The translations under genes and the position numbers were made by a program. Below, in pieces: positions 53,432-64,000 of a stretch of 64,000 nt of DNA. This DNA is from Octopus vulgaris. Its lineage: Eukaryota. Each line of letters begins with the position of its first letter. Within the stretch, counting starts at the first letter, position 1. The notes beneath the pieces were generated by a model. That model was given only the letters and a program-made list of their open reading frames with translations. It made no database searches and had not been told where the DNA came from. The stretch covers positions 40,052,001 through 40,116,000 of the forward strand of contig OX597833.1 of NCBI GenBank assembly GCA_951406725.2. The letters run 5' to 3'.

Positions 53432-54304
53432 CTTACACTCCACATGTAATTGTCCAGTGGATTGAGGTCTGGAGAGCTATAAAGCCATGTGTCTTGGAGA
53501 ACATGATTGCAGAAATTGGCATGTATCCATACTTGGGTTATCTACTAAATCAATCCAGGGCTTCACAACTTACTCCAAAGACCTTTGTGTAGAGACAGAG
53601 GCATTACCGGCATGACATCTTTCTCATTGCTGACTCTCATAACCATCACAGTCGCTGGGCACTTAGTATGCATGACCGTTGGAACCTCATTCAAGTTTCT
53701 GAATAAATGTCTGTCATTTCTTCAGTTTATCTTTTGGTCTAATCAAAAGGTAAACCAAAGCATTGCTGTTTTACCTTGGTGTTTTAACTTGTTTAGCAAG
53801 CACTTTGCACAGATCAAACGATTCTCTCTTGCCATATCCAACATAAACTGACCTCTTTGGTTCACATACGACTTGTACAGAATATCCTTATGCATAATTC
53901 TCATGATGGTGCATTCTGAAACACTGAGGTCCTTTGTAATGTCTCTGATTGACTTTCCAGGGTTTTTATTCATTATTTCTTGGACTTTTCGTACAAAATT
54001 ATGTGTCCTAATGCTATTAGGACCCTGTGCATGCATTTTGCATTTGGCTGTTGATGTTGGATCTCCATCAGCAGCTTATACCTTTTTTCAAACTGTGACA
54101 ATGACAGATCAAGCAACTTTCAGGAAGCAAGCTATCTCTGTATTATTATACTGTACTTTTCAGGCAATAATTGTAGCATGCCTTTCTATTAGTTGAATCA
54201 ACCTGATGTCTGACATTATTTATTTGAAAAGTGAGGTAAAAAAGATAAGTTAAAAGAAATTTAGAGCTCTTGAAAGAAAGCTAAAAAAAAACTGACACAC
54301 ACAG
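53051..54304 (-). mobile_element. Near full-length degenerate DD37D Tc1/mariner transposon
   Basis: TIRs TA|CAGGGTGTGTCAGTTTT / AAAACTGACACAC. ORF 53743-54036 covers the HTH region, and a PDLNPLDNY-like motif lies near 53450-53470. Confidence 0.8.
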
Positions 54305-55139
54305 TTTATTCGTGACCAAAATTTTGGAACATAGGTCTGAAAATTAGAATTGAACCATTGGATCAGTTATTACGTAAGTATACCTCTACACTGAATATGC
54401 GCGGATGATCCGGTTCTTGACTGAAGATTAGAGGCTTCGAATGACCCGTTCATTTTTTTTTTTGTGTCGTCTATTTGAATGTTTTGTGTTCTTGTCCCAT
54501 TTTGTATTTTATATTTTTTTTTTATACATATATATATATATATATAAATACGCATACATATGTACATATATATATATTTAGATATTAGAAAACTTGGCTA
54601 TGTGCTAAACTTGGCTATGTGGTAAACAAACTCTTTCTTTGCTTCTAATGTGTAGAATAGAGAGGAGAGTCTCTTTTCTGACCGTTTCATGTTTTGTTGA
54701 CCACTTCTTAGAGAATGCATAAACAGTATTTTCCCCTATCAATAACATAGGATATTGAACTGTTATATAATGCAGCCATAAATTAGGCTATCAGCATAGT
54801 GGATAGCTTAATCTGCATATTTGCACTTTTGACAGTTGTTCATAAAGTGAATAATATATATTCTATGCAAAACACAGTATGAATCAGTATGAAAAATAAA
54901 TTTTTACATTAGACATCCCAGCTGTGAGATAAATAAGAAGATAAATATATTTGTTCTATGCTTTTCATGTAATGGGAAAAGAAAGTCTCCTGATAGACAT
55001 AATTTGCCCAGTTTCTTTTTCCAATCAACAGTACAGGATATTCAGTTGAAATACACACATAGAGAGACAGACAGACAGACAGAGACATACAAACAGACAG
55101 ACAGAGACAGACAGAGACAAACAGACACACACACACTCT

Positions 55140-55360
55140 TTTACTCTTTTTCTTGTTTCAGTCATTTGACTGCGGCCATGCTGGAGCACCGCCATTTAAT
55201 TGAGCAAATCAACCCCAGGACTTATTCTTTGTAAGCCTAGTACTTATTCTATCGGTCTCTTTTTACCAAACCGCTAAATTACGGGGACGTAAACACACCA
55301 GTATCAGTTGTCTAGCAATGATGGGAGGACAAACACAGACAGACAAACACACACACACAA

Positions 55361-55395
<35 letters not shown>

Positions 55396-55460
55396 CATAT
55401 ATACGACGGGCTTCTTTCAGTTTCTGTCTACCAAATCCACTAATAAGGCTTTGGTCGGCG
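55140..55460 (-). mobile_element. SINE family A copy (further copies at 55870-56390 minus, 57005-57210 plus and 58145-58247 minus)
   Basis: Matches the family A consensus. Confidence 0.8.
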
Positions 55461-56162
55461 TAGATGTGAATCTTTTTAGCAATCTTTGACTTCTTTTCTA
55501 TCCAAGGGGTTTTTGACCTAATATTCTACATGGTATTATCATCTATAGCTTTATCTACTTCAAGTCCTACCATTAAAAATAAAATCAATTCAAAACAATT
55601 CAAAAAACAATACACACACACACATATATAAAAACACAAATGGGGTTTAAAATTTGGCTTAAATTAATTAAGTTAAGTGTTTTCAAATAATTGATCCATT
55701 TGATCTCTCCTTCTTACATGCCCATTAAAGCCACTCCTAATTTCTCTATAAATTCAAATGTTTTTTTTTAAATACCACTTATTCAACAATGGATTCATCA
55801 TGATCAAAGTGTTCTCTCCTCTGCTTGTACTTGTTTAAAATTTTACCTGAAGAAGGTGGATTATAGCTTTTATCTTTAACTCGTTTCAGTTATTGAACTA
55901 TGGCCACGCTGGGGCACTGTTTTACTTGAATGAAACGACCCCAGAACTTTTTTTTGTTTCCTTAAGTCTAGTACTTATTCTATCAGTCTCTTATGCTGAA
56001 CTTCTAAGTTACTGGGATGTAAACACAGCAACACCAGTTGTCATGCTGTGGTGGGGGACAAACACAGTCATAAAGACACACACATATAGATACACACACA
56101 GACATACACACACACATATATATACATATATATATACACACACACATACATATATATATATA

Positions 56163-56215
<53 letters not shown>

Positions 56216-56697
56216 CATACACACACAACAGGCTTCTTTCAGTTTCTGCTTACCAAATCCACTCACAAGGCTTTGGTCAGTCCAACTATAGTAGAAGACA
56301 CTTGCCCAGAGTATCAAGCAGTGGGACTGAACCCGGGGTCATGTGGTTGGGAAGCAAGCTTGTTACCATACAGCCATGAATGCACCTGTATATTATGATA
56401 TAATCTATGACAACATCAATAAAATTTTACCGAAACAGCTGTCCCAAATTTTAAGTCCAATTTATGTTCTTTTTTATCCCAACACTGCATCTGGAACCAG
56501 CTTTAAATCAGAACTACATTTAAAATTGGCTTTGGTACTTGCATATGTAGAGTATCCTACCAACACCTGATATCTTCACAGTTGTTTTGCCTCTCTGTGA
56601 ACCCTATGTTATTGTACCTAGCCATTTCTGGCATCTTACATGTTGATGTGCCTAGATTCTATTAAGTCTTGTAACTCTCTCTCTTGCTCTCTCTCTT

Positions 56698-56783
<86 letters not shown>

Positions 56784-56907
56784 TTAGTTACAGCACTTAT
56801 ATATATATATATATATATCACTATATATATATATCACTGTGCTTGAGAAGACCTGTCAAGTGAGATCATAGTCATGGTCAATGCTCGTGTTTTGTAATTG
56901 GCTGATC

Positions 56908-57008
<101 letters not shown>

Positions 57009-57221
57009 TGTGTCTGTGTTTTTTCCCCCAGCATCACTTGACAACCAACGCTGGTATGTTTATGTCCCTGTAACTTAGCAGTTCAGCAAAAGAGACTGAT
57101 AGAATAAGTGCTAGGCTTACAAAGAATAAGTCCTGGGGTCGATTTACTCGACTAAAGGCAGTGCTCCAGCATGACCACAGTCAAATGACTGAAACAAGTA
57201 AAAAAACAAGAAATAAAAGAA

Positions 57222-57252
<31 letters not shown>

Positions 57253-58247
57253 TAATATATATTTGTAAGGTGGCGAGCTTGCAGAATAGTGAGCATGCTG
57301 GGCAAAATACTTAGCGGCATTTTGTCCATCTTAACATTTTCAGTTCCAAGTTTGCTAAGGTCAACCTTGTTTTTCATTTCATCCTTTCAGGGCAATAATA
57401 TAAGTAAAAGATGCACACTGATGTTGACATAATCAAACTTGTCCCTCTCCTAAAATAGTTGGCCTTGTGCCAAAATTTGAAACCAGTATAATAATTTGTG
57501 TGTGTGTGTGTATGTGTGTGTGCATGTGTATATAAGTGTGTTAATGTATGTATGTGTGAGTGTGTATGCAATATTATTCAGCAATTGACCTAATGATGAC
57601 CATCTAGTCATCCTGAGTGAATGAAATGCAATTACCCAAACCATGGAGATATAAGGTTGCTACCTATGGCTCCAAGATGTTTCAGCCATCAGCAATCGAC
57701 AAAGACCATAACTGTCTATACTGCCCTTCAACTAAGAGTTCAGTCACATGGGGAAGAACCAAAGAACTGTAACCTCTCTCACCTATACCATACCTTCCAT
57801 GTGCCTGAAACTATAGAAGTGGTAATAATCTATTGTTGACAATGTGCAAGGTACCCTGAGTGCCACAAGATAATCTGGAAGCACCAGTTGTGCACCTTGC
57901 AGTCATATCTAAGGGGTGGATGACTGATAACTTGTGTGAGGAGTTTGATTAAAGTGAGGAAGTATTGAGCACTCTTACCCTTGCTCCCTTTTCCTGATTC
58001 CCTTCTTGATCCAGCAGCTGGACAAATATCAAGATGATTTGAGAGGAAGCAAAACACAATGGGTTACTAAGGCACATTATAGGTCTTGCCATGCTCTATA
58101 CAAATCATATTGCAAGGAAGAATTACTTCTTCACTATTGGGTTTACTATAGTAGAAAACACTTGCCCAAAGTTCCACGCTGTAGGACTGAATCCAGAACT
58201 ATGTGGTTGGTTAGCAAGCTACTTACTACACAGCCACTCCTGCACCT

Positions 58248-58295
<48 letters not shown>

Positions 58296-58545
58296 TGTAT
58301 ACACACACATATATACTTACACATTCACACACACACCACATAATTACACTTAAATATTTTATATATGCAATATATGTATGTGTGTGTATACATATATGTA
58401 TATATATAAATGATATACATATATATAATATATATATATGTATATGTATATATATATACACATATATATATACATGTGTGTGTATATGTATATAGATACA
58501 TATATCATATATAACTATATATATATTTATATATATATATATATA

Positions 58546-58930
58546 CTAGCAGTATCGCCCGGCGTTGCTCGGGTTGTAAGGGAAATAACTATATAAGCAT
58601 TTTTAGAGAGTTATAGCCAAAAAATGCATTAAAAATTGAAAAAAAATTTAAGGTAAATATTTTTTAAATCGTTGACACATCGTAGATATTTTTAGAGAGT
58701 TACTTCCCTTATATAAAAGCGGAAAAAAATGCATTAAAATGGAAAAATATGATGGTAAATTTTTTTTAAATCGTAGACTCATCGTAGACGCACGCTAATA
58801 CCCAGAAGGGCTCGATATGAATCACGACTATAAGATACCCGCTTTTGGTTAAACTGCACCGCAAAATGTGGGAGTAGTTAGGAATCTAAATCGTAGGAGA
58901 CAGACACACAACTTCACTCTTATATAAAGA
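58546..58930 (-). mobile_element. Non-autonomous Helitron (family A)
   Basis: Minus strand reads A|TCTTTATATAAG...CCCGAGCAACGCCGGG hairpin, CGATACTGCTAG|T. Confidence 0.85.
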
Positions 58931-59788
58931 TGCTTTTTTTTTTCAGTCATAGAGTTAGATTTATGAAGGTCTTCAGTAGAAAATCCTTCGAATTCTGACT
59001 CGCTGCTTGATATAATGAAATTCGTATCCATTTTTTGTCAGAATTAAAAATTTTGAAAACACAATAGGAACAAATTTCGAAAAAAATCTCCCATAATTCA
59101 CGGAATTAAAATTACACTTCGATTTTTGTACAAAACTGTAGTTGAAGTGTTTACGAAGTATAATACGTGTTTTCACGAATGTACTAAAGAGATTTGCTCT
59201 GATATTCTCATTTAAATATGAATAGGTAAATTCGGGCGGCTTGGTAACTATATATAAGTGTCGTCTGTTTATACATAAACACTGTTTCATACTGCAATTA
59301 TATATACATATATCTATATATAATATTATATAATAAAATATATACAGAGTAAAATAAAAACCAATTTACCTTTTCTGTCCTCCGTGTGTCTTTGTAAATG
59401 TGTTGGAATGATAAGTGAGTTGTGTTTTTGCGCCTTTTTTACTAATAACAAACACACACGTGTTTGTATGTAGTTGTATGTGTATGTAGTTGTATGTAGT
59501 TGTATATGTATGTGTATGCGTGTGTGTGAGGAATGACACACACACACTCACGCACGCACACATGTACATCAATGCTTTCGGAGTGATATGTTAAAATATT
59601 GAGTTTTCTCGAATTTTGTCTTAATTGGTGGTGAAATTGAAAGAAATATATTATGGCATGAGCGAATGGAGTACTTTGAAAAATCTTAGGTAAATTCTAA
59701 TTGAAGAAGTTGTGTGAGGATTAAATGGTTATGTATTTATTTGTTTCTGTTTGCTGTGTTTTTTTATTTTTTGAGTAGTGGTTTAAAC

Positions 59789-60435
59789 ACTTTCAGTTTA
59801 GTCTTCCTCAAATCAATCACTCTGTCGCTATTTACTTTCATTTTATTCGTTGCCCACTGTGTGTGTGCGTTTGCGTGTGGTGTAAACCAGACTAAGAAAA
59901 GCATTTGACACACACACAGAATGTGAGTTTTCTGTAAATTTTGCTTAATTGGAGTTTAAATTTTAAAAACTGGACCTGGCATGACGCGATGCATTGTACT
60001 CTTAAAACTGCTAGGTAAATTGTAATTGAAGAAATCCTATATTGTAGATTTGTATAACTCCCAAAGGGAGGCAGATAAAATCTGCCTTTTATAATAAGAG
60101 ATATATATATATATATATATATACATCTCTTATTATAAAAGGCAGATTTTATCTGCCTCCCTTTGGGAGTTATAGAAATCTACAATATAGGATTTCTTCA
60201 ATTACAATTTACCTGGCATTTTTGAGAGTACAATGCATCGCGTCATGCCAGGTCCAGTTTTTAAAATTTAAACTCCAGTTAAGCAAAATTTACAGAAAAC
60301 TCACATTCTGGTGTGTGTGTCAAATGCTTTTCTTAGTCTGGTTTACACCACACGCAAACGCACACACACAGTGGGCAACGAATAAAATTAAAGTAAATAG
60401 CGACAGAGTGATTTGAGGAAGACTAAAGTGAAAGT
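59789..60435. mobile_element. Head-to-head Helitron-like 5' ends (family B) forming a ~310-bp inverted repeat around (TA)n
   Basis: 59789-60101 is the reverse complement of 60126-60435. Both begin A|TCTCTTATTATAAAAGGCAGA. Confidence 0.75.
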
Positions 60436-60576
60436 ATTCTGTCTATGACGCTGATAGATATATGAGTAAAATGTATGGGAAGCTAAGAGCTAAGAGTGAG
60501 TGAAAATGTTCTTGGAAGAGAGTAATTAGTAATAAAGTAAACATACACTCATACATACATACATACATACATACAT

Positions 60577-60611
<35 letters not shown>

Positions 60612-60845
60612 TACACACACACATACATACACACACACATACATACATACACACATACATACATACATACATACATATACATACATACATACATATACAT
60701 ACATACATACACACACACACACATACACACACACACAGTATTGAAGCTTGAGAACAATCAGATACATTTGCAACACATCTGTTGAAAATATTATTGTTCA
60801 CACACATACATATACATATATACATACAGACAGACAGACAGATAG

Positions 60846-60876
<31 letters not shown>

Positions 60877-60924
60877 ATCCAGCATGGCCACAACCTCAAG
60901 GCTGAAACATATAAAAGAATAACA

Positions 60925-61290
60925 GAATATAAATGTGTGCAAAGTACAAGAAATATTAATGCAGTATATGGGGATTGGACAATAAGCGTAAGGCAGTGTC
61001 AATGGTGGTTCCAGAAATCCCGAGCCATAAACTACAGCCTAGAAGACGAGCCTCATCCTGAAAGATCTATAGAACTCGACAAGGACATCCTGAAAACCCT
61101 GGTGGAACAAAATATCATCGTAACTGTTGAGGAACTAGCAGAGAAGCTTGGATTTGGTCATTCAACCATTCATTGACACCTGTGTGCTATCGGAAAAGTC
61201 AGCAAATTGGGTCAATGGGTTCCTCACGAACTTTCCGAGTCTAATTGCATGCAGAGAGTGAATGTATGCTTTTCTTTGCTGTCATATCTC
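60925..61290 (+). mobile_element. Mariner (Mos1/SETMAR-like) transposase N-terminal fragment
   Basis: RNINAVYG...QWWFQK...SLEDEPH...TVEELAEKLG..HSTIH*HL..IGKVSKLGQWVPHEL. Confidence 0.85.
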
Positions 61291-61311
61291 ACCACTACTG
61301 CGCTATGTATA

Positions 61312-61948
61312 TCTATATATATAAAACTGTAGTTGTGTGAGTGTCTGTCCCCTTCGATTTAGATTCCTAACTACTCCCACATTTTGCGGTACAGTTTAAC
61401 CAAATTCGGGTAGCTTATAGTCGTGATTCATATCGAGCCCGTCTGAATATTAGCGCGCATCTACGATGAGTCTACGATTTTAAAAATAATTTAACATCAT
61501 TTTTTATTCCATTTTAATGCATAATTTTTCGTGTGTCGATGGCGGCGGAGTTGGCGTCCACGCTCACACCTGCACCTGTGGGGAAGGGAGTGTAAGGAAA
61601 TCAACGTCGTAATGCGTTGTCAAGGAGACCAGTGTTCTTTTAGAACAACGACTTCATGGCTTGAAGACACCAAAACAGAAATGGCTAAGAAAGCGTCTAC
61701 ATGAGTCTACGATTTAAAAAAAAATTTACCATCGTTTTTTTTCCATTTTAATGCATTTTTTCGCTATTATATAAGGGAAGTAACTCTCTAAAAATGTCTA
61801 CGATGAGTCAACGATTTTAAAAAAAAATTACCATCATATTTTTTCCATTTTTAATGCATTTTTTGCTATTTTTTGGCTATAACTCTCTAAAAATGCTTAT
61901 ATAGTTATTTCCCTTACAAACCCGAGCAACGCCGGGCGATACTGCTAG
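61312..61948 (+). mobile_element. Non-autonomous Helitron (family A, longer copy)
   Basis: A|TCTATATATATAAAACTG...CCCGAGCAACGCCGGGCGATACTGCTAG|T, homologous to 58546-58930. Confidence 0.85.
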
Positions 61949-62179
61949 TACTATATATATATACATGCACACATGTGCACACACACACACATACATACAC
62001 GTGCATGCTATGCGCACACACACACACACACACAAAGAGACAGAGAGGAAGCATAAAAAAGAGAAAGGGAGAAGAGCAAAGTGCCAACCGTGGTGGGCGA
62101 GTGAGGGTGTAGATACAACTGCAACCCACAACACGGCAAACCAATTCTGAATGGAATGTTCCGCTGGTTAGTTGGGTTG

Positions 62180-62220
62180 GTTGCCATTAGCAACACTATG
62201 TTGCGGTCGCTAGTGGCAAC
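62180..62220. promoter_or_regulatory. Paired RFX X-box-like motifs
   Basis: GTTGCC-ATT-AGCAAC (62180-62194) and GTCGCT-AGT-GGCAAC (62206-62220) resemble GTNRCC(N0-3)RGYAAC. A third, GTTGTTATGGCAAC, lies at 62541-62554. Confidence 0.35.
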
Positions 62221-62299
62221 AGTTTCTTCTCATCAGCTAACCTGATTTATATTGAGAAATTATGGGATTGCTGGAATTCCATTCACTCTTCTTCGCTAC

Positions 62300-63145
62300 C
62301 GCCTCCACCACCACCATCACCACCACCACCACCACCACCAGCCACCAATCTTCTCACCCCACCCCCACCCACTAATAGGTCAACACACACACATACACAT
62401 GCACATATGTGCATATGCATAAATTTTGCTTTGATGTAGCTAAAGTAGCACTGGTTGCAGTCATTGCAGTGACTGCAATTGCTGCTGCTGTTGCAGTTTC
62501 TGCTGCCGTTGCTGCTGCTGCTGCTACCTCTCTATAGTTTGTTGTTATGGCAACCACATAACAGCAGTAACAGAAACTGCAGCTGCAGATGCAGTTGGTG
62601 TTGTATACTTCTGCAATTGTTGTTGTTGTTGTTATTGTTGTTGTTGATGTTGGTGGTGGTAGTGGTTTTGCTTAATGTTGCTCTTCTTGGCATTGCTGTG
62701 TATTCTCGTTGCTCTTGTTCATGTTCCTGTTATTATAATCTTTACTATTGTTGTTGTTGTTGTTGTTGTTGCAGATGCTACAACTACAACTACAATCAGT
62801 TGTTACTGCTACTACTGCTACTACTGCTTCTATAACTGTTGCTACTGTTGTTGCTGTTGCTGTTACTGCTGCTATTACTACTACAACAACTACTACTACT
62901 ACTATCACCACCACCACTAGTAGTACTATTGTTGCTACTACAGATACTACTGGTACTGATAATAATAATATGAAGAAGAAGAAGAAGAAGAAGAAGAAGA
63001 AGAAGAAGATGAAGATGAAGACGAAGAAGACGAAGAAGAAGAAGAAGAAGAAGAAGAAGAAGAAGAAGAAGAAGAAGAAGAAGAAGAAGAAGAAGAAGAA
63101 GAAGAAGAAGAAGAAGAAGAAGAAGAAGAAGAAAGAGAAGAAGGA
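62300..63145. repeat. Compound trinucleotide island (ACC/GCT/GTT/ACT/AAG)
   Basis: Direct inspection; long (AAG)n at about 62972-63135. Confidence 0.9.
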
Positions 63146-63164
63146 GAATCCTCTCTACTATTAG

Positions 63165-63365
63165 CACAAGGCCTGAAATTTTTTGGAGTGGAGATTAAGC
63201 TGATTACATCGATCCCAGTATTTCATTGGTACCTAATTTATTGACCCTGAAAGGATGAAAAGGCAAAGTCAACCTTGGCACAATTTGAACTCAGAACATA
63301 AAGATGGACGAAATGCCACTAAGCATTTTACCTGGCATGCTATCAAATTCTGCCAGCATGCCACC

Positions 63366-63399
<34 letters not shown>

Positions 63400-63928
63400 C
63401 GGTTTCAAATTTTAGCACAAAGCCAGCAAGTTTAGGAGAGAGAGAGAGTAAGTTGATTATATCAACCCCAGAGCTCAACTGATAGTTATTTCATCAAACT
63501 GAAAAGGTTCAAAGGCGAAGTCGATGTTGGTGAAATTTGAATTCAGAACATAGAGACAGATGAAACACCACTATGCATTTTTCCTGGCATGTTAAGAAGT
63601 CTACCAGCTTACCACTTTTCTAATAATAATAGTAATAATAATAATAATCTTTTCTACTATAAGTACAAGGCCTGAAATTTGGTAGAAGGGGACTATTGGA
63701 TTACAATACCCCCAATGTTTCACTGGTACTTAATTTATCGACCCCAAAAGAATGAAAGGCAAAGTCAACTTCAGTGGAATTTGAACTCAGAATGTAGTGG
63801 CAGATAAACTACCGCTAAGCATTTCACCCAGCATGCTAACAATTCTGCCAGCTCACTGCCTCAATAATAATAATAATAATAATAACAACAACAACAACAA
63901 CAACAACAGCAACAACAACAACAACAAC

Positions 63929-63959
<31 letters not shown>

Positions 63960-64000
63960 GTTTCAAATTTCGCTACAAGGGCAGCAATTTTGGAGGAGGG
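63165..64000 (-). mobile_element. Tandem cluster of three SINE-B copies plus a partial fourth, separated by (AAT)n/(AAC)n
   Basis: AGGCAAAGTCAAC...ATTTGAACTCAGAA...TTCTGCCAGC is repeated at about 63165-63365, 63400-63615 and 63650-63862. Confidence 0.8.

Noticed and set aside
54400-54450. CTGAAGA..GAAT hammerhead-like motif
   Set aside because: There is no GAAA and no convincing stems in this copy.
56425-56445. GAAACAGCTGTC hammerhead 3' half (a similar half lies at ~42235-42260 minus)
   Set aside because: The upstream core and stem II are not recognisable.

Overview
This is AT-rich, extremely microsatellite-dense animal genomic DNA, intronic or intergenic. The repeat repertoire suggests a cephalopod such as Octopus, which is an inference. 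Almost all ORFs in the track are translations of simple repeats such as (TA)n, (CA)n, (TACA)n, (GA)n and trinucleotide arrays. The real content is mobile DNA. It includes a young 5'-truncated RTE LINE (15891-18054) with a PHD-type finger inside its RT region, plus about a dozen 3'-end copies. There are also RTE-BovB-like, CR1-like and R4/Dong-like LINE fragments, DD37D and mariner transposase relics, non-autonomous Helitrons and a HINE, piggyBac-like and TA-target MITEs, and three tRNA-derived SINE families. The strongest signal not explained by the ORF track is a set of five distinct minimal type-I hammerhead ribozyme folds typical of Penelope-like element repeats. Three of them occur as divergent inverted pairs, and one family carries a compensatory G3:C8 swap in the catalytic core. 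One plausible host-gene exon (21256-21390, minus strand), a few weaker exon candidates and an RFX X-box cluster are also visible. Repeat boundaries are approximate, and nothing was checked computationally.
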